Shown here piece by piece: positions 37,830 through 46,941 of a DNA stretch of 64,000 nucleotides. The first letter of the stretch is position 1. The number at the start of each line of letters is the position of its first letter. The DNA comes from Flavobacteriales bacterium. Its GTDB lineage: Bacteria; Bacteroidota; Bacteroidia; Flavobacteriales_D; Sanyastnellaceae. Both the position numbers and the translations under genes were made by a program. A model generated the notes under the pieces. That model was not told the DNA's origin. It saw only the letters and a program-made list of their open reading frames with translations, and searched no databases. The DNA lies in assembly GCA_036825655.1 (NCBI GenBank), contig DAISXU010000001.1, forward strand, positions 42,331 through 106,330, given 5' to 3'.

Positions 37830-38069
37830 TTATCCGAGAGCTACAAGCAAGCAAACGATCACACCGAAAAGCGCTACACCCTCGACCAATGCCGCAGCAA
37901 CGATCATGTTCGAGCGAATATCACCAGCGACTTCAGGCTGGCGAGCCATTGCTTCGAGTGCAGATCCGCCAATGCGGCCTACACCAATACCAGCGCCAAT
38001 AGCGGCTGCGCCTGCACCGAGGCCTGCGAGGCCCTGTCCGATTTCAAGAAGGATGGTCAACAATTCCAT
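37830..38069 (-). CDS. atpE: F0F1 ATP synthase subunit C
   Basis: 79 aa hairpin: GLGAGAAAIGAGIGVGRIGGSALEAMARQPE...AAALVEGVALFGVIV, with the conserved carboxylate E. The start is the ATG at 38069 inside a longer ORF. Confidence 0.93.
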   Translation of the reverse strand: MELLTILLEIGQGLAGLGAGAAAIGAGIGVGRIGGSALEAMARQPEVAGDIRSNMIVAAALVEGVALFGVIVCLLVALG

Positions 38070-38097
38070 GAGTTTGGATTTGGATGGATTTCTAGAT

Positions 38098-39285
38098 TCA
38101 ATGATGTGCTTCCTGTTTCGCGTCCCCAAAATAGAGGGCCGCAAGCAAGGTGAAAACAAATGCCTGAAGGAATGCCACAAGGAGTTCGAGCATGTACATG
38201 AAAATCATGAATGCTGTTGAGAACACACCAATGCCCATACCAGCAACCGCATCCTCACCTCCCTTTCCGAAGATGAAGATCAAGCTGGTAAATGCCAAAA
38301 TGATGATGTGTCCTGCTGTGATGTTCGCGGTCAAACGAATCATCAAAACTGTGGGCTTGAGAATGAGGCCAATCACCTCGATCGGGGTCAAGATGAGCGC
38401 CTTGACCGGCCATGGCACGCCAGGCATCCACAAAACGTGTCCCCAATAGTGCTTATTCCCTGTGAGATTGGTGATCAAGAACACCAAGGTCGCCATGACC
38501 AAGGTGATGCCCAGTGTTCCTGTGATGTTGAAGCCACCAAGGAAGGGAACAAGGCCCAGTAGATTCGAGAAAAAGGTGAAGAAAAACACCGTCAACAGAA
38601 ACGGCAGGTATTGGTTCGCGTGCTTGCCAATGGCCGGCTTTGCCACCTCATCACGGATGAACAAAATCAAAGGCTCCAACGCATTCGCCAAGCCTGTTGG
38701 GGCTGTGGTGCCACGCTTCTTATAACCCCTGGCAACAGAACCAAACATCCAAACCATGAAGGCCATGATCAACAGCATGCCGAAAACAGACTTTGTGATG
38801 GACAGGTCCAACACGTCCACCTCATCGGCCGTGATGCTTCCCGCCAAAATGGTGGTGTCGCCTTCGTGCTTTTCGGAGGCATGCAAGGTGTAATGCACGT
38901 CATTCTCCTCGCTGTAATAAAAACGATCAGCGTGGCCGTGATGCCCGTCGCCCTCCTCCTTGAAATTGCTGCTCATCACAACATCAAGCCCCCGATCCGT
39001 CCACAAAATTACAGGAAGTGGAATGTGGGTGTGGCCCCACATGTGGATGTCGTGAGCGTCTGCGATGTGGCCGACAATGAAGTCACCCGCCTTGAATTCG
39101 GAAGCATGCTCTTCGTGGTGTTCAGCGCCTTCTGTACTGTGGCCCTCAACCACCTCATGCCCATCGTGTCCTTCGTGCTGGTCATGTCCGTGCCCATGAT
39201 CTTGGGCCCACACAGCGCCCCACGTCGTCGCTGCCGCGATGACCGTCAATGCAATCGAACAAATGGGTGTATGCCTCTGGAACAT
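38098..39285 (-). CDS. atpB: F0F1 ATP synthase subunit A with a His-rich N-terminal extension
   Basis: The C-terminal half has the a-subunit motifs (LTANITAGHII; the R in MIRLTAN). The N-terminal ~110 aa is H/E/D-rich after a signal-like segment. I used the ATG at 39285; a TTG lies at 39312. Confidence 0.92.
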   Translation of the reverse strand: MFQRHTPICSIALTVIAAATTWGAVWAQDHGHGHDQHEGHDGHEVVEGHSTEGAEHHEEHASEFKAGDFIVGHIADAHDIHMWGHTHIPLPVILWTDRGLDVVMSSNFKEEGDGHHGHADRFYYSEENDVHYTLHASEKHEGDTTILAGSITADEVDVLDLSITKSVFGMLLIMAFMVWMFGSVARGYKKRGTTAPTGLANALEPLILFIRDEVAKPAIGKHANQYLPFLLTVFFFTFFSNLLGLVPFLGGFNITGTLGITLVMATLVFLITNLTGNKHYWGHVLWMPGVPWPVKALILTPIEVIGLILKPTVLMIRLTANITAGHIIILAFTSLIFIFGKGGEDAVAGMGIGVFSTAFMIFMYMLELLVAFLQAFVFTLLAALYFGDAKQEAHH

Positions 39286-39359
39286 GAGTTTTGTCTCCGG
39301 AATTCGGCGCAAAAATAGTCACCACAACCCGTTCTCAACAGATTTTGAACAATTTCTTT

Positions 39360-39758
39360 TCAATGTGGTCCAGAAGGCGGTGGGTTCGGAGACTTGGAGC
39401 GTTGTAAATTTTGGCTAACCCAAACAAAACGAGCCGAATTCCAAGCAAATGCAGCAAACAACCCCAAAGCAAAGGGAACGCGGTGCGCTCCACCAGCAAC
39501 GAGGTAAACTGTGACCACGGCAACACTGGAAAGCAATTTTACCGCTGTAGCTCCATTGACAGCTGTTACAAATCGCAGCGCTGAAGCATTGTGGGCACGA
39601 TTCATCCAATTCAATAGCAGGATTGTCATCCAGGCATAACCAACAAGCAGCGCAGGCCACTCCCATGAATTAGCGAAGTTTCGGGCCGACGGAATCGCAA
39701 AAGCAAGTCCGTACAGAACCAGCGTGCCCAGGGCGCCTATCCAACCATATGATTTCAT
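39360..39758 (-). CDS. small polytopic membrane protein of the atp operon (uncharacterised)
   Basis: About 132 aa with about four hydrophobic helices. Its ATG overlaps the AtpZ stop (ATGA at 39755-39758). I recognise no motif. Confidence 0.65.
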   Translation of the reverse strand: MKSYGWIGALGTLVLYGLAFAIPSARNFANSWEWPALLVGYAWMTILLLNWMNRAHNASALRFVTAVNGATAVKLLSSVAVVTVYLVAGGAHRVPFALGLFAAFAWNSARFVWVSQNLQRSKSPNPPPSGPH

Positions 39759-39988
39759 TTCGAAGCTTCCTTGATGACCACATACAACGCAACCCCTGTG
39801 CCGACGAGTGAACCTAATATGGTGAACCAAGGTGTTCCTGACGACCAGGCTTCATCTGCCTTTATGCCACCCCAAACACCAAGCCCAATGGCCGCTCCCA
39901 TCTGATACGCCATGGAGGAGAATTTCAAAAAAGCAGGCCGAATAGGTGCTTTTTTCTCAGCTCCACGCTCGGGAGCCTGCCCCATCAA
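39755..39988 (-). CDS. AtpZ/AtpI-family small membrane protein
   Basis: 77 aa with two TM helices: FSSMAYQMGAAIGLGVWGGIKADE...FTILGSLVGTGVALYVVI, typical of the putative F0F1-ATPase subunit family. It has an ATGA overlap with the bactofilin gene. Confidence 0.8.
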   Translation of the reverse strand: MMGQAPERGAEKKAPIRPAFLKFSSMAYQMGAAIGLGVWGGIKADEAWSSGTPWFTILGSLVGTGVALYVVIKEASK

Positions 39989-40434
39989 GCGATGGCTTCC
40001 GCTACCTTACGCTCCGTGTGGCGCTTGGCCTCTGAGTTGGACCGTCGGTCCGTCGAACCCATGTCCTTCACTTTGGACGCCAACTGCAAAGTGCCCGTAA
40101 CCACAGCCCCTTCCTCTACAGACAGCTGTCCGTATTTCACCTCCCCCTCGATCTGGGCTCCGCTTTTCATAGCGAGCAATTCCTCCACCACCACTTGACC
40201 GTCCAACTTGCCCTCCACCTCGCACTGCTTGCACCGGATGTTTCCGCCCACAACTCCAGTGGGACCAATCACCAAACGACCAGTCGTTTCAAGATCACCC
40301 TCAAATCGACCGTCTACCCGCACGCTGGCCTCGCACTTGAGTGTACCGTTCATTACCGTGCCCTCAGCCACCCGATTGATGGCCCGCTCCGAAGTGGATT
40401 CAAAGCGATTCTGTTTTTTTCCGGAACCAATCAT
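39985..40434 (-). CDS. bactofilin-family polymer-forming protein
   Basis: Repetitive beta-helix pattern: GTLKCEASVRVDGRFEGDLETTGRLVIGPTGVVGGNIRCKQCEVEGKLDGQVVV...GAQIEGEVKYGQLSVEEGAVVTGTL. Confidence 0.88.
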   Translation of the reverse strand: MIGSGKKQNRFESTSERAINRVAEGTVMNGTLKCEASVRVDGRFEGDLETTGRLVIGPTGVVGGNIRCKQCEVEGKLDGQVVVEELLAMKSGAQIEGEVKYGQLSVEEGAVVTGTLQLASKVKDMGSTDRRSNSEAKRHTERKVAEAIA

Positions 40435-40482
40435 GCCGGCAAAAGTATATGGAAAATACCAACAAGCAACAGTTGATAACCC

Positions 40483-43143
40483 TTACTTCTCATCACTCAA
40501 GTAGGTTTCCTCAAAGAACTCCATGTAACCGGTGATGTTCTTGGACTTGAATAGCTCGACATAATTCTCACTGGTGATGATGAATTGATCGTAACCGGAA
40601 CTATTCATTTCAATCAAGTCCTCACGGTTGCCGACAAACACGGAGTAATAGTCCATAGCATTCACCTGCTTCTTGAAGCTCTTTACCAAAATGATTTGGT
40701 GGTTTCTATCGATCAAATTGGCGGTTACACGCAAATTCTGAGACTGGAAATATTCCCCGTTGAAATCGGCAATTTTCGCTTTCAATGCCTCCACATCACC
40801 GCGACCGACAGGAACAATCATACCGAAATAATGTTCCAAATACGGCTTGTAAGCGAAGGGTGAATCTTCCGTTTCTTCTGGTTCTTTATCTTGATTTGCT
40901 TCTGGGGCTCGCAAGCCGTCAAGCTGAGTCAATAAAGCCAAGGCAAACTCCCCCTCTTCTGTTTCTGGACAAGAATCAACCACTGCATACAGGGACTCAA
41001 AATAAGACCTGCGATCCCCACCTGTGAGAGCGCTCAAACCCCCAATGCATTGGGCCCGAAGGAGCCGGTATTGGCACATGAAATAATTGGGCGCGCTTTC
41101 TTCAATGATGGGGGTGATGTCCAAAAGAACCTGTTGGTAGTCTTTCTGGTAATAGCGCATCAGGAAAGCTTCATAAACAGCGCGGTCTGCTTCCCTTCGC
41201 ATTTCCTCTTCATCTGCATATTCAGGGTTCTCAATCATAATGGCCCACTCACTTCCTGGGTAGTTCGTGGTAACCATGTTCGCCCAATACTCCGAATTGC
41301 ACGTGCCACAAAAGGGGTTTTGGTAATTCTCCTCTACCTCCCGCTGCAAATAGGTTCGAAACAGCTGGTAATACGCCGTCGGGTGATAGTCGCTCTTTTC
41401 AAAACGATTCACCAGGGCCTCCCAACTTTCAATCGCATTTTCAGGGTCGTTCAATTTTTCCTTGTAGTCCACCCCGGCCAAATAATAGGACTCCGCAATC
41501 AGGGCCATCGAGGAATCGCGTTGATCGGGTTCACAGGGAAGTCCAGCGAGCAAATCCTCCACTGAAGGAATACCAGTCGGGCCCGTTGATTCTTGCTGAA
41601 CGTCAACAGCCCCCAATTCTTCTTCATTCGAAAAAGCAATGCCTGTTTTCTGAGACCTGCGCCAATTGTCTTCCAGAACACGGTCTCCCCAGTAGTCTTG
41701 GAAATTCCTTCTTCCTTGCAACTTCAATTGGCCGTTGTAAGGCCAAAACATGCCCACCCCTCCATCTCCAGCGGCGGCCAATTCAGCCTCTGCCGCGGCC
41801 TCTGCCGCCAGGCGCGCAGCCTCTGCTGCCGCCTCCATATCGGCAACAATTTCAGCAACCCGATCCATGCGCTCGTCTTCGTCCAAATCGCAAATCGCCA
41901 ACAGGCTGTCCTGCTCTTGGATGGTCTGAAGGTGCCCCACCAAGGAGGTCAAATTTTCCGCCAAGCCGCTCACCTCCTCAAACCTTCCTTCTTCATCGTC
42001 CATGTAAGTCACCGCGCTGTCGTAGTAGGCTTGAGCGCTGACGTAATTCAGGTCCTCCATGAACAAATCTCCCAACCTCAAATAACTCTTCATCCGTTGG
42101 CGTTGGTTCTCATCATTGACCTCAAGCGATTGGAACAGGTAATCGTAGCCGTCCTCCCGCTCCCGCTCCTCCAGCGCCAACTCCGCTAAGGCATAGTATA
42201 TCTGATCTTGGTATTGCTCGTTCTTCTTGTCGTCAAGCATATCAAACAAGAGCTCAACAATGGGCTCGCTGCTGCCGCCTCGGCGATCAAAGGCCATGGC
42301 TTGTTTAATCTTCGCGTAAAATTCAAGCTCATATGGTGTTCGGAGGTCAACCACTTCTTTGTACCGCTCAATGGCCTCAGTAGATCGGCCGCTGGCCTCC
42401 AAGCATTGCGCAAGAATGAAAATGGTTCGAGCGCGGTCGCGTTTTTTCGGTGTGTGTGCAATGGCCTGTTCTAACTGTTCACATGCCGCTTCGATTTGGT
42501 CGTATTTCAAATAGTAGGAGGCATACACCAAATGAGCAAACGCCAGCCTGTTTTCATCCTTCACCTCATCGAAAGACACCGCCTTCATCAGGGCGGTGTT
42601 CGCCCGCACTTGATCCCCCATGGCCATGTAGGTTCTTCCTAACCAAGCATTGGCCCAGGCTTGGGCATCATCATAATCCAATGTTCGAATGAGGTATTGG
42701 AAAACCTCCTCTGCCTTTTCTGAATCGCCCTTGATCAAGTGGGCACGCCCAATGATGTCATAATTGTCGTCAATCCACTTATTCAATTCCGGCCACTTCA
42801 AATCTTTGCGGTCACGGCTCGATGGCTGCATGGTGTGCTTGTCCACCACGCGAGTGCATTTTTCAATGGCTCGCTCCATCAAAGGATAGACCGATTGCGC
42901 ATTTTGATCGTCGACCGGAATGAAGATGGGTAGAATCGCATCCCAATTTTCCTCGTATTCCGCATACATGGATTCATCCGCTTCCTCCATTGCTTCGTTC
43001 GCATAGAAGAAACCATTGTAGTGCGCGTGCAAATTGTGGTAAATGCGGTACGCTCGGCCATCCCTTGTGTTCGAACACCCGAAGGCGGCAAACACCAGAA
43101 TGGCCAATGCGGTTATGGAAAGCAGTCGGTTCAAAGAGGTCAT
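40483..43143 (-). CDS. large TPR-repeat lipoprotein, possibly PorW/SprE-like (T9SS/gliding associated)
   Basis: It has a lipobox (LVFAAFGCSN), an N-terminal YRIYHNLHAHYNGFFYANEA motif and multiple TPR-like helices across 886 aa. The size and architecture recall SprE/PorW; the assignment is from memory only. Confidence 0.8.
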   Translation of the reverse strand: MTSLNRLLSITALAILVFAAFGCSNTRDGRAYRIYHNLHAHYNGFFYANEAMEEADESMYAEYEENWDAILPIFIPVDDQNAQSVYPLMERAIEKCTRVVDKHTMQPSSRDRKDLKWPELNKWIDDNYDIIGRAHLIKGDSEKAEEVFQYLIRTLDYDDAQAWANAWLGRTYMAMGDQVRANTALMKAVSFDEVKDENRLAFAHLVYASYYLKYDQIEAACEQLEQAIAHTPKKRDRARTIFILAQCLEASGRSTEAIERYKEVVDLRTPYELEFYAKIKQAMAFDRRGGSSEPIVELLFDMLDDKKNEQYQDQIYYALAELALEEREREDGYDYLFQSLEVNDENQRQRMKSYLRLGDLFMEDLNYVSAQAYYDSAVTYMDDEEGRFEEVSGLAENLTSLVGHLQTIQEQDSLLAICDLDEDERMDRVAEIVADMEAAAEAARLAAEAAAEAELAAAGDGGVGMFWPYNGQLKLQGRRNFQDYWGDRVLEDNWRRSQKTGIAFSNEEELGAVDVQQESTGPTGIPSVEDLLAGLPCEPDQRDSSMALIAESYYLAGVDYKEKLNDPENAIESWEALVNRFEKSDYHPTAYYQLFRTYLQREVEENYQNPFCGTCNSEYWANMVTTNYPGSEWAIMIENPEYADEEEMRREADRAVYEAFLMRYYQKDYQQVLLDITPIIEESAPNYFMCQYRLLRAQCIGGLSALTGGDRRSYFESLYAVVDSCPETEEGEFALALLTQLDGLRAPEANQDKEPEETEDSPFAYKPYLEHYFGMIVPVGRGDVEALKAKIADFNGEYFQSQNLRVTANLIDRNHQIILVKSFKKQVNAMDYYSVFVGNREDLIEMNSSGYDQFIITSENYVELFKSKNITGYMEFFEETYLSDEK

Positions 43144-43216
43144 GTGCGGTAGAGTAACGCCGAATGTGCTAAATTATTCCAAACAGAAGGAAGTAAGCCC
43201 GAACTCGGGCATGTAA

Positions 43217-44134
43217 ATGCGCAAAGACCGGCACTTCACCGATATTTGCTCCGTGACTGATCCCCGACAACCTCAAATACGCAAGTGGTGGCTTGAGCGA
43301 TTCCGCCTGACACTTCAGGAGCAGAAGACCTTCTCTGATCGCTGGCAAATCGGCGTTTCCAGATGGGGGTTGATGTTGGCTGCGCTCACTGCGGTTTTCT
43401 TGATTTCCGGGATCACATACTTTGTTGTTGCAAGGACCCCCCTCCGGGAATGGATCGTGCCTGGGTATTTGGCAGAGGGCGCTCGAGAGGACGTAAGGTA
43501 TGCGCGCTCTTCAGCCGACAGTGCGCTCCTGGTACTCGAACAGCAAACCCGATACCTCGACGCGTTGAGTAGCATTCTCCGAGGTGATGTGCCAGAAACG
43601 CAGGACATGGGGTCCTTAGTGGATAGCCTGGCCATGGCGGAATTCAACCTCGATTTGGCTACGGACACAATGGATTCGGTCCTTCGAGCGAAAATTGCTG
43701 AAGAAGATCGATTCGCCTTGAGGAGGTCAGGGCTGGACCCGACCCATAGCCGGGGCATGTCATTCCGCCCTGTATTGGGACCCATAAGTGCGGAGTACGA
43801 TGCAAGCACCGGACACCTTGGAATCGACTTCATTGCTCCCAATGGCTCCATGGTCCATGCAGCAGATGATGGAACCGTTATCCTAGCTTCTTATACCGTC
43901 GACGGTGGGTATGTAATTGCCATCCAACACAAGGCCGACCGGCTTTCGGTTTATAAACACAACCAAAGCCTCTTGTTGGAGCCAGGGGATGTTGTTCGTG
44001 CGGGTGACGCCATTGCCATCATCGGTGGCACCGGCACCACGTCCAAGGGACCCCATTGCCATTTTGAATGGTGGGTAGATGGTGCACCTCTTGATCCGAT
44101 GCCCTGGATGCCAGGTGAGGGGGTTGCTCCGTAA
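43217..44134 (+). CDS. M23-family metallopeptidase (LytM domain) with an N-terminal membrane anchor
   Basis: It has a TM segment (LMLAALTAVFLISGITYFVV) and the LytM motifs HLGIDF and GPHCHFEW. Confidence 0.9.
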   Translation: MRKDRHFTDICSVTDPRQPQIRKWWLERFRLTLQEQKTFSDRWQIGVSRWGLMLAALTAVFLISGITYFVVARTPLREWIVPGYLAEGAREDVRYARSSADSALLVLEQQTRYLDALSSILRGDVPETQDMGSLVDSLAMAEFNLDLATDTMDSVLRAKIAEEDRFALRRSGLDPTHSRGMSFRPVLGPISAEYDASTGHLGIDFIAPNGSMVHAADDGTVILASYTVDGGYVIAIQHKADRLSVYKHNQSLLLEPGDVVRAGDAIAIIGGTGTTSKGPHCHFEWWVDGAPLDPMPWMPGEGVAP

Positions 44135-44149
44135 TTTCGCCTTGAGCGT

Positions 44150-45064
44150 TCAGCTCGTGAACGAGACCAGGCTCGCAAATTCTGCTATGCGAGTTTTCAA
44201 TTCCGAAGCGTTCAAATTCAATAGACGCTCCGTTCCAAAAGCCTCACAGGTAAACGAGGCCAGCGCAGAACCCATGATTACTGCGCGCTTCATGTTTTCG
44301 AACGAAACATCATCCGTGGCAGCTAAGTAACCGGCAAATCCACCGGCAAAGGTGTCCCCAGCACCCGTTGGGTCCATTACCTCTTCGAGCGGAAGCGCTG
44401 GGGCAAAAAACATGCTCCCATCTTTGAAGAGCAAGGCGCCGTGTTCACCCTTCTTGATGATGAGGGTGCCTGGTCCCATGGCTTGAATGACCTTAGCGGC
44501 CTTTACCAAAGAATGTTCTCCGCTGAGCTGGCGGGCCTCCTCATCATTGATGGTCAAGACGTCAACACGCTTCAACACGTCCTTCAAAGGGTCCAGGGCG
44601 ATGTCCATCCAGAAATTCATGGTATCCAGGATGACCAATTTGGGGCGGTTCGGCATTTGGTTTAGAACCGACAGCTGCACTTGGGGATCCAAGTTTCCCA
44701 ACATCACGTATTGAGCAGTCTTGGCCGCCTCGGGAACTTGTGGGTCAAAAGTCGCCAAGACATTGAGGTCGGTCGCCAACGTGTCCCGTGAGTTCATGTC
44801 GTAATGGTACTTGCCAGACCAATAAAAACTCTTCTCCCCCTTGCGGACCTCCAAACCATCTAACCGCACACCCCTGCTCTCTAATTCATTCATAAATGAA
44901 CCAGGAAAGTCATCTCCCACCACAGACACGAGGTGCTGTACTTTGACGAAGTGACTTGCGCTTAACCCGATGTAAGAAGCAGCACCACCAACCATTCTTC
45001 CGGATTTCCCGAAAGGTGTTTCTACGTCATCAAACGCTACAGTTCCAACAATGATCAAGCTCAT
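44150..45064 (-). CDS. PfkB-family carbohydrate/nucleoside kinase
   Basis: It has the ribokinase-like fold with the C-terminal signature DPTGAGDTFAGGF. The ATG at 45064 (MSLIIVGTVAFD...) is preceded by a TACATTTG box. Confidence 0.88.
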   Translation of the reverse strand: MSLIIVGTVAFDDVETPFGKSGRMVGGAASYIGLSASHFVKVQHLVSVVGDDFPGSFMNELESRGVRLDGLEVRKGEKSFYWSGKYHYDMNSRDTLATDLNVLATFDPQVPEAAKTAQYVMLGNLDPQVQLSVLNQMPNRPKLVILDTMNFWMDIALDPLKDVLKRVDVLTINDEEARQLSGEHSLVKAAKVIQAMGPGTLIIKKGEHGALLFKDGSMFFAPALPLEEVMDPTGAGDTFAGGFAGYLAATDDVSFENMKRAVIMGSALASFTCEAFGTERLLNLNASELKTRIAEFASLVSFTS

Positions 45065-45187
45065 GGGTTGTGATTTTTCAAGGGTGCAAATGTAGTTCTG
45101 AAAAAATTCCACCGCCCAACTGAAACCTTTGTGGCAATGCGTTCGTTTCAACAGAAGCAACGGTACGAAAATTTCCTAGGGCCACGA

Positions 45188-45217
45188 TTTGGTTTCAAAG
45201 AAAGTGTTGTATCTTTG
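45188..45217 (+). promoter_or_regulatory. candidate Bacteroidota-type promoter of tRNA-Asn
   Basis: TTTG at 45188-45191, an 18-nt spacer, then TATCTTTG (TAnnTTTG) at 45210-45217, 13 nt before the tRNA 5' end. Confidence 0.45.
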
Positions 45218-45230
45218 CGGCCCTGAATAT

Positions 45231-45304
45231 TCCTCCTTAGCTCAGCCGGTTAGAGCATCTGACTGTTAATCAGAGGGTCCTTGGTTCAAGTCCAAGAGGG
45301 GGAG
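45231..45304 (+). tRNA. tRNA-Asn (anticodon GUU)
   Basis: I folded the cloverleaf by hand. The acceptor stem TCCTCCT/AGGGGGA is 7 bp with one G-U. The D-arm is AGCTCAGCCGGTTAGAGC. The anticodon stem is TCTGA/TCAGA, with loop CTGTTAA and GTT at 45265-45267. The T-arm is CTTGG-TTCAAGT-CCAAG. CCA is not encoded. Confidence 0.93.
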
Positions 45305-45381
45305 CACTGAAAAATCAAAAAATCCGTTATGCCTCTTTGGTGTGACGGTTTTTTTGTTTCCGGCCACCGGAAAAAGGGGGT

Positions 45382-46257
45382 TCAAAAAGGCCAAATCCAA
45401 CTGACCCAGGGAAGCGGAATGACGGTTCCATCCTCCTGAATCAACCCCAAAATGGCCACATCTGAAGCGCGAGCAACTTTCGGGTTGTGCCTTCTAACAC
45501 CCAAGGAAAGGACCAAATTAACCGGGAAAAATTGCGGGTTAAAAAAGTAGTAATTCTCTGAAATGAACCACGAGTTGTCGTTGATTCTTACCGACCCGCT
45601 GGCATTGAGCATCGGAGAATTTATCTCATCAGTCAGCCCAGAAGACCCATATAAATAACCCACACCAAGCGTCATCTGCTTGTTCTCATCTCCCTTCGTA
45701 CGATTCATGAACGGAAACACAATTCCGCCATCACCTGACCAGCCCAACTGAGCCAGCCCACCCATCGAGTAACGCACATTTTCTTTCTTCTTGTTTTGGA
45801 AGGAGTATTTCGTTGTAACCCCAATGCCTAAAAATGAAAGGGACAACCCAACAATAGCCTGATCACTGACCCCATAAGAGATGTTGGCGCCGGTAAGTAA
45901 GGATAAGCCTGAATAACCTTCCCCCTTTTTAAGGGGGTGAGCCGACGGTGCAAAGAAGTAGCGTGTTGCCTGAATCGCCCTTCTTGGGTCCGATGCCCTT
46001 TCGTCCAAAACGAACCCAACGGAATGAAGAACCTCTCCTGGCCCAACCTCCTCTATGCGAATCACCTCCACTTTTGGAAGAACAACAACACCAATGTCAT
46101 TCGTTTGTATGGAAAGTTCGCGGCCATCATCAGACAAAAGTTGCCCACAGATTATTCGATTCGTTTCCAACGTGACACACACATTTCTCAAAGAGTCTGT
46201 TTGGGCCCTACCCAAAGAAGCAAACAACCCCAAAGCCACCAGCATTAAATACCTCAT
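45382..46257 (-). CDS. hypothetical secreted / outer-membrane protein
   Basis: It has a signal peptide (MRYLMLVALGLFASLGRAQ), Gly/aromatic-rich strands and a C-terminal ...SWIWPF. I recognise no family. Confidence 0.7.
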   Translation of the reverse strand: MRYLMLVALGLFASLGRAQTDSLRNVCVTLETNRIICGQLLSDDGRELSIQTNDIGVVVLPKVEVIRIEEVGPGEVLHSVGFVLDERASDPRRAIQATRYFFAPSAHPLKKGEGYSGLSLLTGANISYGVSDQAIVGLSLSFLGIGVTTKYSFQNKKKENVRYSMGGLAQLGWSGDGGIVFPFMNRTKGDENKQMTLGVGYLYGSSGLTDEINSPMLNASGSVRINDNSWFISENYYFFNPQFFPVNLVLSLGVRRHNPKVARASDVAILGLIQEDGTVIPLPWVSWIWPF

Positions 46258-46364
46258 GGATTCAAAGCTAGCCATAAGTTCAAACTAATTAACTGAAAAG
46301 CAGTGTTTTAATTCATTTCTTTCCCTCGGATAGAACTACACTTCGGTTCTCGTAACTTTCTAGC

Positions 46365-46889
46365 ATGCGCCTCGTTACCCTTTTCATAGCCACCTCTCGA
46401 GACGGTTTCATTGCCGATGAAAACCGGAGCGTTCAGTTTCTTGAAGCGGTGGTGGTAGAGAACGAGGATTATGGGTATGCACAATTTCTAGAATCCATCG
46501 ACTTGGTGGTGCTGGGGAGAAAAACGTATGACTCTGTAATCCAAATGGGTTTTGATTACCCACACGCCAATCGTGAAGTCTATGTTTTCTCCAGAACACC
46601 TCGGAATCGCGTCGATAACGTTGTTTTTTATGCTGGGGACCCCATTCAAAAAGTCACTGAACTGAAGCAGCAAGGGGGTAGGGGAATCTACTGTGATGGG
46701 GGCGCAGAAATAGCCCAACTACTTTTGCAATCCGGTGTGATTGATGAGGTCATCTTGTCCATTGTTCCAGTTGATTTGAACGGTGGAGTGGAGTTGCTTC
46801 GAGGGGGTTCTATCCCAACCAACTGGAACATGGTTGAAGAGACCCCCTTCTCAAGCGGACTGATCCAACGCCGCTACACCCTCAACTAA
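46365..46889 (+). CDS. dihydrofolate reductase-family protein (RibD C-terminal domain type)
   Basis: 174 aa. FIATSRDGFIADE...VLGRKTYDS...GGAEIAQLLL is typical of RibD_C / DHFR-like proteins. Confidence 0.8.
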   Translation: MRLVTLFIATSRDGFIADENRSVQFLEAVVVENEDYGYAQFLESIDLVVLGRKTYDSVIQMGFDYPHANREVYVFSRTPRNRVDNVVFYAGDPIQKVTELKQQGGRGIYCDGGAEIAQLLLQSGVIDEVILSIVPVDLNGGVELLRGGSIPTNWNMVEETPFSSGLIQRRYTLN

Positions 46890-46923
46890 AAAGCCCGCTC
46901 TGTTGATGCAGAGCGGGCTTTCT
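46888..46923. terminator. bidirectional rho-independent terminator
   Basis: A 9-bp perfect stem, AGCCCGCTC (46892-46900) / GAGCGGGCT (46911-46919), is flanked by AAAA and TTTCT. It sits between convergent genes. Confidence 0.75.
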
Positions 46924-46941
46924 AGCTAATTCAATTCCAAC

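Noticed and set aside
37566-39318. Plus-strand ORFs (195, 139 and 235 aa) across atpF, atpE and atpB
   Set aside because: They are antisense to unmistakable ATP synthase genes. Their composition (Ser/Arg/Ala-rich) is typical of shadow ORFs.
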